64,000 nt of DNA from the NCBI RefSeq assembly GCF_030150155.1, contig NZ_JASLGR010000060.1:56813-120812 (forward strand). The letters run 5' to 3'. Shown here piece after piece: positions 28,685-37,975 of the stretch. This DNA is from Nocardioides sp. (lineage in GTDB: Bacteria > Actinomycetota > Actinomycetes > Propionibacteriales > Nocardioidaceae). The notes below the pieces were generated by a model. It was not told where the DNA came from and did not search any database. It saw only the letters and a list, made by a program, of their open reading frames with translations. The translations under genes were made by a program, and so were the position numbers. Positions within the stretch are counted from its first letter, which is position 1; each line of letters starts with the position of its first letter.

Positions 28685-29248
28685 TCAGGCTCCCCCGCCC
28701 AGGCGCCGTCGCTCGACGATGCTCGTCCCCGTCACGACGCTCATCGGAGGCACGTCCCGGGCCACCACCGCCCCGGCGCCGACCACGGAGCCGGCACCGA
28801 TCGTGACCCCGGGGGTGATCGTCGCCGCGGCCCCGATCCAGACGTCGTCCTCGATCACGATCGGGGCGTGCGTGATGAAGTCGAAGCGCTCCGCCGGTTC
28901 GACGGGGTGCCCCGCCGTGCTCAGTGTCACGCCGGGGCCGATCAGCACCCGGTCGCCGATCGTGATGCCGCCGAAGTCGAGGAAGTAGCAGCCCTGGTTG
29001 ATGAAGACCTTCTCCCCGAAGGAGGCTCCGAGGCCGTAGTCGCAGAAGAACGGCGGCAGGATCGACAGCGACTCCGGGATCGGACCGCCGAAGATCTCCT
29101 CGAACAGAGCCCGTCGGCCGGCGAGGTCGTCGAACGGGAGCGCGTTGAGCCGGGCGGTGAGCCCCATCGTGACGGTGACCCGCTCGGCGAACGCGCGGGA
29201 CTCCGGTGTCCTGGTCGGGAGACGTTGCTCGTGGCGCACGCTGCTCAT
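28685..29248 (-). CDS. Sugar O-acetyltransferase (maltose/galactoside acetyltransferase family)
   Basis: 'PPFFCDYG', hexapeptide repeats 'VWIGAAATITPGVTIGAGSVVGAGAVV'. Confidence 0.9.
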   Translation of the reverse strand: MSSVRHEQRLPTRTPESRAFAERVTVTMGLTARLNALPFDDLAGRRALFEEIFGGPIPESLSILPPFFCDYGLGASFGEKVFINQGCYFLDFGGITIGDRVLIGPGVTLSTAGHPVEPAERFDFITHAPIVIEDDVWIGAAATITPGVTIGAGSVVGAGAVVARDVPPMSVVTGTSIVERRRLGGGA

Positions 29249-29257
29249 GCTGACACG

Positions 29258-30001
29258 TCAGGCGGCCACGAGGGCGAGGGTGCCGAGCGCCAGGGTCCAG
29301 GAGAGGAAGTTGCCGACCAGGAAGTACTCCGTCACCTCGGTGATCGACGGGCCCTCGGTGGCGTCGCGTGCCGCCTGGAGTTCGGGGAAGCGGAGCAGCC
29401 CCTTGGCCGCAACCACGATCCCGATCGCGGTGTAGGCACCAGTCAGGCCGAGGCCGAGGATGATCAGCCGCTCCAACGGACCGAGCAGGCGCCCGCCCTT
29501 GAGGCTCGGGCCCGGCTCGGGTCCGTCGGCCTGCTGGGGTCGGACGGTGTGGGTGGCGAGCAGCACCAGGCGGACCAGCACGTTGCCGGTCGAGCCCTGC
29601 ACCAGGGCGGCGCCGAGCAGCAGGACGAACCGGTCGGCGGACAGATCCTGGAAGTAGCCGATGTTGCTGGCGGCCAGCCAGTCCCGCAGCGGTCCGCCGC
29701 CGCCCTCACCGGCCGCGTTGAGGGCGATCACCACGATGGTGGCGAGGCCGGCGTAGACCAGCGGCAGTGCCGGGAGCCGTGCCCCGAACCCGCGCCGGAC
29801 CACTCCTCCCCAGCCGAGGACCAGCACAGCGACCCCGACCGAGATCACGACGTCGGGCAGGTGGCCCATCCGGCCGGCCAGCGCCGCCACCCCGACCACC
29901 ACAGCGGCTCCGACGACGCTCGGCCACCCGTGCCGCCGGGTCGCGCCGTGGACCGCGTCGACGACGCCGAACCCGATCCAGAGCAGGCCGAGCCAGATCA
30001 T
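29258..30001 (-). CDS. SatE/DUF3307-like membrane protein
   Basis: 'GGRLLGPLERLII', 'AAKGLLRFPEL', 'EYFLVG.FLS'; coupled to satD by ATGA overlap. Confidence 0.7.
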   Translation of the reverse strand: MIWLGLLWIGFGVVDAVHGATRRHGWPSVVGAAVVVGVAALAGRMGHLPDVVISVGVAVLVLGWGGVVRRGFGARLPALPLVYAGLATIVVIALNAAGEGGGGPLRDWLAASNIGYFQDLSADRFVLLLGAALVQGSTGNVLVRLVLLATHTVRPQQADGPEPGPSLKGGRLLGPLERLIILGLGLTGAYTAIGIVVAAKGLLRFPELQAARDATEGPSITEVTEYFLVGNFLSWTLALGTLALVAA

Positions 30002-30648
30002 TCGAGCTCTCCCAGGTAGGCGTCGGAGGCGGCCAACGCCGCCAGTCCCCCGCGCCGCACCCGCTGGGAGACGGCCGACGGACTGATCCCCTCCTGGGCG
30101 GCGATGGCGTCCTGACTCATGCCCGCCAGCATGCCCGACAGCACCGACAGATCCCGGTCGTCGAGGCGCCCCAGCAGCTCGTCACGGGTGACCAGCGCAG
30201 CGGCGACCGCGGGATCGGTGGCCCCGTCGGGGTCGATCGCGTACGTCACCCTGACGCTCCGGGTCGCGGCCCGCCGCTGGGCCGCCTCGGCCGCCTCGAT
30301 CGCCTGCCGAGCCGCCCACCACGCCGAGCCGTCCTCGACCCGGGGCTGCTCGCTCAGCACAGTGACGTCCCCGCGGCCGATCCCGAAGCGGACGTCGTAC
30401 GGCGTCAGGGCGAGGCGGACCCGCAGGGTGGCCCGCACGGCGGCCCCGAGCGTGGCGAAGACCCCCTGGAACTCGTCGCCGGCGGTGATCCGCAGCGGCG
30501 TGATCGGACGCCACCGCCCCTCGGCAGCATTGACCTCGGCCAGGGCCTGGCCGACCCGTCGGTTGAGGTCACCGCGGTCCTGGACCTCGCGGGAGGCGAC
30601 GACGTCACCGATGCATGCGATCACCATCGCATCAGCATATCGCTTCAT
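29998..30648 (-). CDS. satD: SatD-family protein (cyclase/GGDEF-like fold + C-terminal HTH)
   Basis: 'IGDVVASR', 'TAGDEFQG', 'RFGIGRG', 'DGSAW..AR.AI', HTH 'SQDAIA...GISPSAVSQR'. Confidence 0.85.
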   Translation of the reverse strand: MKRYADAMVIACIGDVVASREVQDRGDLNRRVGQALAEVNAAEGRWRPITPLRITAGDEFQGVFATLGAAVRATLRVRLALTPYDVRFGIGRGDVTVLSEQPRVEDGSAWWAARQAIEAAEAAQRRAATRSVRVTYAIDPDGATDPAVAAALVTRDELLGRLDDRDLSVLSGMLAGMSQDAIAAQEGISPSAVSQRVRRGGLAALAASDAYLGELE

Positions 30649-30703
30649 TTCTTCAATATGAAGCGATTGTCTTCACGCTTCAACTCTGAAGCGTTTGGCT
30701 TCA
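30631..30703. promoter_or_regulatory. Three 17-bp palindromic operators (consensus TGAAGC-N5-GCTTCA) at 28-bp spacing over the satD promoter
   Basis: ATCAGCATATCGCTTCA (30631), TGAAGCGATTGTCTTCA (30659), TGAAGCGTTTGGCTTCA (30687); minus-strand CATATT -10 six nt before the ATG. Confidence 0.7.
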
Positions 30704-30834
30704 CTGGCTCCACAGGGAGCGAGCCCGGGCGATCCGGGGCGCGACAGCCCGTAGCTCCACCCGCGGCGGCGGGCATCAACCGCCACGAGCACGCTGAGGG
30801 CGACCAGCGCGACGCCGACGATCGGGGCCACCAT
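30673..30834 (-). CDS. Possible 53-aa membrane peptide or gene fragment
   Basis: GGGAGGT RBS then MVAPIVGVALVALSVLVAVDARRRGWSYG...; below the ORF-track length cut-off. Confidence 0.35.
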   Translation of the reverse strand: MVAPIVGVALVALSVLVAVDARRRGWSYGLSRPGSPGLAPCGASEAKRFRVEA

Positions 30835-30917
30835 CTCCCCACCTCCCGTTCAAACGCCCCCCACCGTTGCCCACCGCCGCCGACGCGTCGCGGAGTCCAA
30901 CCGCCAAGGAAGTTCCC

Positions 30918-31223
30918 TCAAGCGCCAGCCTCAAGGCCCGCCACAATCTCCTGGAACTGGGAATCTGGATAGACGAATCCAGAGAACGGATCGCCAGGCT
31001 TCCAGTCGCCAACGACGTCGGGAGAGTTCGCCATGGCCAGGATCTCTAGTGCCTCCGCCAGTGGATCGTCGTCGTCAAGATCCATCGCCCCGTCGCTGAC
31101 CTCCCGGAACCGCGCCGACGCCCATGACTCAGCATCACGTCGAGATACCCGACCCTCAAGCATCCGACGGATCACAGAAATCAATTCACACCGAAGCAGA
31201 CCTTGATCGAAATCTTCGGCCAC
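30918..31223 (-). CDS. Small acidic hypothetical protein, atypical composition (immunity-protein-like)
   Basis: GGAAGG RBS before GTG 31223; 'SRRDAESWAS...DDPLAEALEILAMAN...FVY.DSQF.E'; many A/T-ending codons. Confidence 0.55.
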   Translation of the reverse strand: MAEDFDQGLLRCELISVIRRMLEGRVSRRDAESWASARFREVSDGAMDLDDDDPLAEALEILAMANSPDVVGDWKPGDPFSGFVYPDSQFQEIVAGLEAGA

Positions 31224-31400
31224 GGTGCCTGCCTTCCCGTCCCCCGGCGACAGCCCCACCGCCGGCCAAGGGCTCGCCCATCGATCTCGATTGAAACAAT
31301 CGGACGCTAACCCCGCAGACCACGCATCGCTCCGGTGCTTCGACAATCACGCAGAGGGTGCTCAGGAAGAGTTGTCACTGCCATCACAAAATTCCCTCGA

Positions 31401-31433
31401 TGACGGCGACGCCGACGATCACCGTCGCCGTCA
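31401..31433. terminator. Hairpin at the end of nadE
   Basis: TGACGGCGACG...CGTCGCCGTCA 11-bp stem overlapping the stop codon. Confidence 0.5.
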
Positions 31434-33464
31434 GAAGAACGGCACCTGCTCCAGATCCGCCAGCCACGCCGTGGCCTTCGCGTCCGAGGGCATCCGCCAG
31501 TCACCCCGCGGGCTCATCGTGCCGCCGCCGGAGACCTTCGGGCCGTTGGGCAACGCCGAGCGCTTGAACTGGGAGGAGAAGAACCGCTTGAGGAAGACCT
31601 CCAGCCAGTCCCTGATCTCGCCCAGGTCGTAGGCCCGACGGCTCGCCTCGGGGAAGGCCGGCGGCCAGTCCCCGGTGTGCTCGTCGTGCCAGGCGTGCCA
31701 GGCCAGGAACGCGATCTTGCTGGGCCGGAGGCCGTCGCGGACCAGGTGGTAGAGGGTGAAGTCCTGCAATGCGTACGGACCCACGACCGCCTCGGTGGAC
31801 TGCGGCTTCTCCCCCGCCTTGACCGGCACCAGCTCGGGGCTGATCTCCTGGTCGAGGATGGTCTGGAGCACCTGGTCGGTGCGCTCGCTGAGCCGGTCGG
31901 TGGCGATCACCCAGCGGATGACGTGCTGGATCAGGGTCTTCGGGATGCCGGCGTTGACGTTGTAGTGGCTCATCTGGTCGCCTACGCCGTACGTGCACCA
32001 GCCCAGCGCCAGCTCCGAGAGGTCCCCCGTGCCCAGCACGATGCCGCCGCGCAGGTTGGCGATCCTGAACAGGTAGTCGGTGCGCAGTCCGGCCTGCACG
32101 TTCTCGAAGGTGACGTCGTACACCGGCTCGCCGCCGGCGAACGGGTGGCCCATGTCACCGAGCATCTGTCGAGCCGCCGGGGTGATGTCGATCGTCTCGT
32201 ACGTCGTCCCGAGCGCGTCCATCAACGCGATCGCGTTCGACTTCGTCTCCTGCGAGGTCGCGAAGCCGGGCAGGGTGAACGCCAGGATGTCCGAGCGCGG
32301 CCGGCCGAGCCGGTCCATCGCGTCGGCGGCTACCAGCAGCGCATGGGTGGAGTCGAGGCCGCCGCTGACCCCGATCACGAGCTTCGGGGTGCCGATCGAG
32401 CGCAGCCGCTGCATCAGGCCCGAGACCTGGATGTTGAACGTCTCGTAGGCGTCCTGCTCGAGCCGGGCCGGGTCGGCCGGCACGAACGGGAACCGGGCGA
32501 CGGTGCGGCGCAGCCCGATGTCGCCGGTGGGCGGCTCCAGGGTGAACTCGACGTCCTGCCAGTCGTCGACGTCGACCAGGGTGCGGCGGTTGTCGTCGAA
32601 GGTGCCCTGGCGCAGCCGCTCGGCACGGATCCGGTCCAGGTCCACATCGACCACGGTCCGGCGCGCCCCGTCGGGGAACCGCTCGGACTCGCCCAGCAGG
32701 TCACCGCACTCGTAGACCAGGGTCTGGCCGTCCCACGAGAGGTCGGTGGTGGACTCCCCCTGCCCAGCAGCGGTGTAGAGGTAGGCGGCGGTGCAGCGCG
32801 CACTGGCGCTGGCCACCAGCAGCCTCCGGCTCTCCGAACGCCCGATCGTCACCGGCGAGGCACTCAGGTTGACCAGCACCGTCGCCCCGGCCAGCGCCGC
32901 CTGGGCGCTCGGCGGGACCGGCACCCACATGTCCTCGCAGACCTCGACGTGGAAGGTCAGGCCCCGCACATCGGTCGCACGGAACAGGAGCTTTGGGCTG
33001 ATCGGGACATCCTCGCCGGCCAGGGTGATGATGTCGTCGATGTCGTCGCCCGGCGCGAACCAGCGCCGCTCGTAGAACTCCCGGTAGGTCGGCAGGTAGG
33101 ACTTCGGCGCCACCCCGAGCACCTGGCCGCCCTGGATCACGACCGCGGCGTTGACCACTCGGTGCCGGTAGACGATCGGGGCCCCGACGATCAGAGCCGG
33201 GGTGAGCTCGGCCGAGGCCTCCACGATCGCCTCGAGCGCCTCCTCCACCGCGCCGAGCAGGGTGTCCTGGAGGAACAGGTCGTCGACGGCGTACCCGCTC
33301 AAGCACAGCTCGGGGAAGACAGCGAGCGCGACCCCCTCGGCATGACACGCCTGGGCCTGGGCGATCACGGCCGCCGCGTTGGCGGCGGGGTCGGCGATCT
33401 CGATCGGGATGGTCACCGTCGCGACGCGGGCGAAGCCCTGCGCGTACGCCGAGTAGAAGTCCAC
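31431..33464 (-). CDS. nadE: Glutamine-dependent NAD+ synthetase
   Basis: Nitrilase domain (FPEL, 'PKSYLPTYREFYE', 'VCEDMW') + synthetase 'GVSGGLDST', 'ENVQAG.R', 'SQFKR'. Confidence 0.97.
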   Translation of the reverse strand: MDFYSAYAQGFARVATVTIPIEIADPAANAAAVIAQAQACHAEGVALAVFPELCLSGYAVDDLFLQDTLLGAVEEALEAIVEASAELTPALIVGAPIVYRHRVVNAAVVIQGGQVLGVAPKSYLPTYREFYERRWFAPGDDIDDIITLAGEDVPISPKLLFRATDVRGLTFHVEVCEDMWVPVPPSAQAALAGATVLVNLSASPVTIGRSESRRLLVASASARCTAAYLYTAAGQGESTTDLSWDGQTLVYECGDLLGESERFPDGARRTVVDVDLDRIRAERLRQGTFDDNRRTLVDVDDWQDVEFTLEPPTGDIGLRRTVARFPFVPADPARLEQDAYETFNIQVSGLMQRLRSIGTPKLVIGVSGGLDSTHALLVAADAMDRLGRPRSDILAFTLPGFATSQETKSNAIALMDALGTTYETIDITPAARQMLGDMGHPFAGGEPVYDVTFENVQAGLRTDYLFRIANLRGGIVLGTGDLSELALGWCTYGVGDQMSHYNVNAGIPKTLIQHVIRWVIATDRLSERTDQVLQTILDQEISPELVPVKAGEKPQSTEAVVGPYALQDFTLYHLVRDGLRPSKIAFLAWHAWHDEHTGDWPPAFPEASRRAYDLGEIRDWLEVFLKRFFSSQFKRSALPNGPKVSGGGTMSPRGDWRMPSDAKATAWLADLEQVPFF

Positions 33465-33502
33465 GCTGGTCAGTCTAGGGAGGCATGGGCGAGAGTTGAG
33501 AC

Positions 33503-34276
33503 ATGAACGGTGCGACCGACGCCAGTCCCACGCCCCGAGTCGCCGCGAGCGCCACGGACCTGCGGAAGTCGTACGGCTCCGGGGAGAACGAGGTCCGCGC
33601 CCTGGACGGGGTCAGTGTGGAGTTCGCCGCGGGCCAGTTCACCGCGATCATGGGGCCCTCGGGGTCGGGCAAGTCCACCCTGATGCACTGCCTGGCTGCC
33701 CTGGACTCCCCCACCGCCGGATCGGTGGTGATCGACGGCGTCGAGCTCGGTCGGCTCGGCGACAAGGAGCTCACCACCCTGCGCCGGGACAAGATCGGCT
33801 TCATCTTCCAGGCGTTCAACCTGATCCCCACCCTGACCGCACGGGAGAACATCCTGCTCCCGCTCGACCTGGCCGGACGCAAGCCCGACCGGGCCTGGCT
33901 CGACACCGTGATCGACACCGTCGGCCTGCGCGACCGGCTCGGCCACCGCCCGGCCGAGATGTCGGGCGGCCAGCAACAGCGGGTCGCCTGCGCCCGCGCG
34001 CTGGCCTCCCAGCCCTCGATCGTCTTCGCCGACGAGCCCACCGGCAACCTGGACTCGACCTCGGGGGCCGACGTGCTGAGCTTCCTACGGCGCAGCGTCG
34101 ACGAGTTCGACCAGACCGTCGTGATGGTCACCCACGACGCGGTCGCGGCGTCGTACTGCGACCGGGTGGTCTTCCTGCGCGACGGCCGGATCGTCGACGA
34201 GCTGGCCCGGCCCGACCGCGACCAGATCCTCGCCCACATGGCCGCGCTCCAGTCGGCCCCCACGACGGCCGAGTGA
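33503..34276 (+). CDS. ABC transporter ATP-binding protein (LolD/MacB-like)
   Basis: GPSGSGKST, 'MSGGQQQRVA', 'ADEPTGNLD'. Confidence 0.93.
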   Translation: MNGATDASPTPRVAASATDLRKSYGSGENEVRALDGVSVEFAAGQFTAIMGPSGSGKSTLMHCLAALDSPTAGSVVIDGVELGRLGDKELTTLRRDKIGFIFQAFNLIPTLTARENILLPLDLAGRKPDRAWLDTVIDTVGLRDRLGHRPAEMSGGQQQRVACARALASQPSIVFADEPTGNLDSTSGADVLSFLRRSVDEFDQTVVMVTHDAVAASYCDRVVFLRDGRIVDELARPDRDQILAHMAALQSAPTTAE

Positions 34277-36840
34277 TGTTCAGGCTCACGCTGCGCAACC
34301 TCCTCGCCCGCAAGGTGCGGCTGGTGATGAGCGGCCTGGCGATCATCCTCGGCGTCGCCTTCCTCTCCGGGGTGCTGATCTTCAGCCACGGTCTGTCCAC
34401 GACGTTCGACTCGATCATCAAGGGCAGCACCCCCGACGGCCAGGTCCGCGCCACCGGCACCGAGGCGTTCACCGCAGGCAGCAACGGCGTCAGCGCCGTC
34501 ACGCTCACCCCGGCCGACGTGGCGAAGCTGGCCGCACTGCCGCAAGTGGCCCGGGCCGACGGCTCCGTGGACGGCTACGGGATGAACCTGCTCGACCACC
34601 GCGGTGCCCTGGTCGGCGGCACCGGCGCGCCCACGCTGGCGTTCAACGAGACCGGGACGCCCGACATCGCCGGGAACCCGATCCTGCTGCTCACCCAGGG
34701 CCGCTGGCCCTCCTCGGCGGCCGGGGCGTCGGAGATCGTGCTCGACACCGGGGCGGCGAAACGGGCGGGCTACCGGGTCGGCGACACGGTGGCGCTGCTG
34801 GCGCCGTACGGCAAGACCGAACGGCACGCCCGCCTGGTCGGCACCGCCGAGTTCAACGGCGGCGGCACCGGCGGGTCGACGCTGCTGATCTTCTCCACCA
34901 CCGGTGCCCAGCAGCTCTTCCTCGGCGGGGCCGACGCCTTCACCAGCGTCAGCCTCACCGCCGCCCCCGGCGTCTCCCAGCGCCAACTCGTCGACGCCGC
35001 CGCCCGGGTGGTGCCGCACGGGTTCGAGGCCGTCACCGGCGACGAGATCGTCAAGGAGTCGCAGAGCGCGATCGGGACCTTCCTCGACGTGATCTCCACG
35101 TTCCTGCTGGTCTTCGCCCTGATCGCTGTGATCGTGGGCGGCTTCATCATCATCAACACCTTCACCATCCTGGTCGCCCAGCGCACCCGCGAGCTGGCCC
35201 TGCTGCGAGCCCTGGGCGCCTCCCAGCGCCAGGTCACCCGCTCGGTGCTGGCCGAGGCGTTCGTGATGGCCCTGGTCGCCTCCACGATCGGGATCGGGGT
35301 CGGCTGGCTGCTCGCCCGCGGCCTGGCGGCGCTCTTCCGTGCCGTCGGCCTCGACATCGCTTCCCACGCGCTGGCGCTGACGCCGTCGGCGATCGGGATC
35401 AGCTACGCCGTGGGCACCCTGGTCACCCTGGTCGCCGCCTGGCTGCCCTCGCGCCGCGCCGGTCGGGTGCCGCCCGTGGCCGCGATGCGTGGCGACACCC
35501 TCGCACCGCCCACCTCGCTGCGCCGGCGCAGCCTGATCGGCGCCGGGGTGATCGTGCTCGGGGCGGTCATCGCCGTGGCAGGGCTGCTCGGCGCACCCGG
35601 TCCGGCGGCGGCGTACGTCGGCGTCGCGGCGTTCTTGTGGATCATGACGCTCGCCACCCTCAGCTCGGTGGTGGGCCGCCCGGTGCTGGTGATGTGCCGT
35701 GAGCTCTTCGCGCGCCTGTTCGGGATCTCGGGTCGCCTCGCCGGTGAGAACGCGCTGCGCGACCCCCGGCGTACGGGCGCGACCGCGTCGGCCCTGATGA
35801 TCGGCCTCGCCCTGGTCTCGATCATCGGGGTGCTCGCGTCGTCCCTGAACAAGACCGTCGACGACCTGGTGAACAAGGAGTTCACCGCCGACTTCCTGGT
35901 CCAGTCGACCAACTACCTGCCCTTCTCCGCCGAGCTGGGCGACCAGCTGGCTGCCGTGCCCGGCGTCGGGCTGGTCAACCGACGTCAGCTGGTCCAGACC
36001 CAGCTCGTCGGCGACGCCTCGGACAAGACCCTGTACGTCGCCGCCGACGACCCCACCCTGACCTCGATCTACCACCTGGAGATGACCAGCGGCGTCGCGA
36101 AGGTCGACGACTCCACCGCGCTCGTCGAGTCCACCACCGCGTCCCAGCACCACTGGCGGGTCGGCTCGGCGGTCACCCTCGGCTTCCCCGGCGGCGCACA
36201 GATCAAGGTCACCATCGGCGGGATCTACAAGCCCACCCAGACGATGGCCTCGATGAGCATCCCGCGCAGCCTGCTCGCCCAGGCCGGGATCAACGGCCAG
36301 GACACCTCGCTCAGCCTGATGCTCGCCCCCGGTGCGCAGGCCTCCACGGTCAAGGCCGCCCTGGAGAAGATCACCGAGAAGGCGAAGATCATCGCCGTCT
36401 ACGACAAGGTCGGGTACGCCGACCAGCTGCGGGGCCAGGTCAACCAGCTGCTCTACATGATCTACGGCCTGCTCGCTCTCGCGATCGTGATCGCCGTGAT
36501 CGGGATCATCAACACCCTCGGGCTGAGCGTGATCGAACGGACCCGGGAGATCGGCCTGCTGCGCGCGATCGGGATGAGCCGCGCCCGGGTCCGCCGGATG
36601 GTGACCCTGGAGTCGGTGGCGATCGCGGTGCTCGGGGCCGTCCTCGGCATGGTCGTCGGGGTGCTCACCGGCGTACTGCTGCGCCAGGCGCTGCGCCACG
36701 ACCTCACCAGTCTCGGACTGCCGTGGGGCAACCTGGTGGCGTTCGGGATCATCTCGATCGTGGTCGGCGTGCTGGCGGCGGTGCTGCCGGCCGCGCGGGC
36801 CTCCCGCCTCAACGTCCTCGGCGCGATCGCGAGCGAGTGA
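34276..36840 (+). CDS. FtsX/MacB-type ABC permease (duplicated)
   Basis: Start MFRLTLRN (TGATG overlap); '[15 protein letters not shown]' and '[14 protein letters not shown]'. Confidence 0.92.
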   Translation: MFRLTLRNLLARKVRLVMSGLAIILGVAFLSGVLIFSHGLSTTFDSIIKGSTPDGQVRATGTEAFTAGSNGVSAVTLTPADVAKLAALPQVARADGSVDGYGMNLLDHRGALVGGTGAPTLAFNETGTPDIAGNPILLLTQGRWPSSAAGASEIVLDTGAAKRAGYRVGDTVALLAPYGKTERHARLVGTAEFNGGGTGGSTLLIFSTTGAQQLFLGGADAFTSVSLTAAPGVSQRQLVDAAARVVPHGFEAVTGDEIVKESQSAIGTFLDVISTFLLVFALIAVIVGGFIIINTFTILVAQRTRELALLRALGASQRQVTRSVLAEAFVMALVASTIGIGVGWLLARGLAALFRAVGLDIASHALALTPSAIGISYAVGTLVTLVAAWLPSRRAGRVPPVAAMRGDTLAPPTSLRRRSLIGAGVIVLGAVIAVAGLLGAPGPAAAYVGVAAFLWIMTLATLSSVVGRPVLVMCRELFARLFGISGRLAGENALRDPRRTGATASALMIGLALVSIIGVLASSLNKTVDDLVNKEFTADFLVQSTNYLPFSAELGDQLAAVPGVGLVNRRQLVQTQLVGDASDKTLYVAADDPTLTSIYHLEMTSGVAKVDDSTALVESTTASQHHWRVGSAVTLGFPGGAQIKVTIGGIYKPTQTMASMSIPRSLLAQAGINGQDTSLSLMLAPGAQASTVKAALEKITEKAKIIAVYDKVGYADQLRGQVNQLLYMIYGLLALAIVIAVIGIINTLGLSVIERTREIGLLRAIGMSRARVRRMVTLESVAIAVLGAVLGMVVGVLTGVLLRQALRHDLTSLGLPWGNLVAFGIISIVVGVLAAVLPAARASRLNVLGAIASE

Positions 36841-36943
36841 TCCACGCCACCACCTCCCCCACGGGCCCGCGGCCGGGCATAGCCTTGTGGGCGGTCCGTG
36901 GACTCCACCAGGGAGCCGCGAGATGACACAGAGAGGCTCAACG

Positions 36944-37819
36944 ATGAGCACGACGAACAGCCCCGAAGAGACGGCCCCCTACGGCACGGGCGCTTCGGCG
37001 TCCACGACGGCGCCGGTCCGCAAGGTGCGCACCCACCACCTCGCCGAGATGAAGCAGCGCGGCGAGAAGGTCACGATGCTGACGTCGTACGACATGTACA
37101 CGGCTCGGATCTTCGACGAGGCCGGGATCGACATGCTCCTGGTCGGCGACTCCGCCTCCAACAACGTCTTCGGCAACGAGACCTCGCTGCCCGTGACCGT
37201 CGACGAGCTGCTGCCGCTGACCCGCGCGGTGGCCCGCTCCACGCGTCGCGCGATGGTCGTCGGCGACCTGCCGTTCGGCTCCTACCAGGGCTCGCCCGAG
37301 CAGGCGTACGCCACCGCCGTCCGGTTCATGAAGGAGGGCCTGGCCCACTGTGTGAAGCTCGAGGGCGGCGCCGAGATGGCCCCCACGATCAGGAAGCTGG
37401 TCGAAGGTGGGATCCCGGTGGTGGCCCACATCGGCTTCACCCCGCAGTCCGAGCACGCGCTGGGCGGCTACCGGGTCCAGGGGCGCGGTGACACCGCGGA
37501 GCGGATCAAGGCCGACGCCCGCGCCGTCGCCGACGCCGGTGCGTTCGCGGTCGTGATGGAGATGGTGCCCGGTGACGTCGCCGAGCAGATCTCCAAGGAG
37601 CTGGAGATCGTCACCATCGGGATCGGCGCCGGTGCCGGCTGCGACGGCCAGGTGCTGGTCTGGGGCGACGCGTTCGGCATCCGTGGCCCCGGCGACGGCA
37701 AGGTCGCCAAGTTCGTCAAGCAGTTCGCCGACGTCCGCTCGGTGCTGCTCGAGGGTGCCCAGGCCTACGCCGCCGAGGTCAAGGGCGGGACGTTCCCCGC
37801 CCCTGAGCACACCTTCTGA
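36944..37819 (+). CDS. panB: 3-methyl-2-oxobutanoate hydroxymethyltransferase
   Basis: 'MLTSYD', 'LLVGDS', 'DLPFGSY', 'VKLEGG', 'HIGFTPQS', '[10 protein letters not shown]'. Confidence 0.97.
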   Translation: MSTTNSPEETAPYGTGASASTTAPVRKVRTHHLAEMKQRGEKVTMLTSYDMYTARIFDEAGIDMLLVGDSASNNVFGNETSLPVTVDELLPLTRAVARSTRRAMVVGDLPFGSYQGSPEQAYATAVRFMKEGLAHCVKLEGGAEMAPTIRKLVEGGIPVVAHIGFTPQSEHALGGYRVQGRGDTAERIKADARAVADAGAFAVVMEMVPGDVAEQISKELEIVTIGIGAGAGCDGQVLVWGDAFGIRGPGDGKVAKFVKQFADVRSVLLEGAQAYAAEVKGGTFPAPEHTF

Positions 37820-37842
37820 CACACCTGCTGCCACACCTGCTG

Positions 37843-37885
37843 CGATCGGGTCCGCCGGGTTCGGTGGGCCCGATCGTCGTCTTTT
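37843..37885 (+). terminator. Intrinsic terminator of panB
   Basis: CGATCGGGTCCGCCG-GGTT-CGGTGGGCCCGATCG stem (with GU pairs) followed by TCGTCTTTT. Confidence 0.7.
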
Positions 37886-37886
37886 C

Positions 37887-37974
37887 GGTGGTGACCCCGG
37901 ATCTGGGTGGTGGTGAACCCGGATCTGGACGGTGGTGAAGCCGGAAGTCGGTGGTGGTGAACCCGGAAGTCGGC
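37887..37974 (-). repeat. 22-bp tandem repeat array (4 units)
   Basis: Perfect unit next to the regulator TGA (1 nt gap), increasingly degenerate distally. Confidence 0.93.
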
Positions 37975-37975
37975 G

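Noticed and set aside
22687..28806. Very long antisense/alternate-frame ORFs (e.g. 1008 aa, 1009 aa; also 33475-36951, 38309-41068)
   Set aside because: Shadow ORFs opposite real genes, expected in high-GC DNA with few stop codons; no recognisable motifs
35878..35900. Partial match to the 22-bp repeat (GTTCACCGCCGACTTCC) inside the FtsX permease
   Set aside because: Single partial match in coding sequence (FTADF); likely chance
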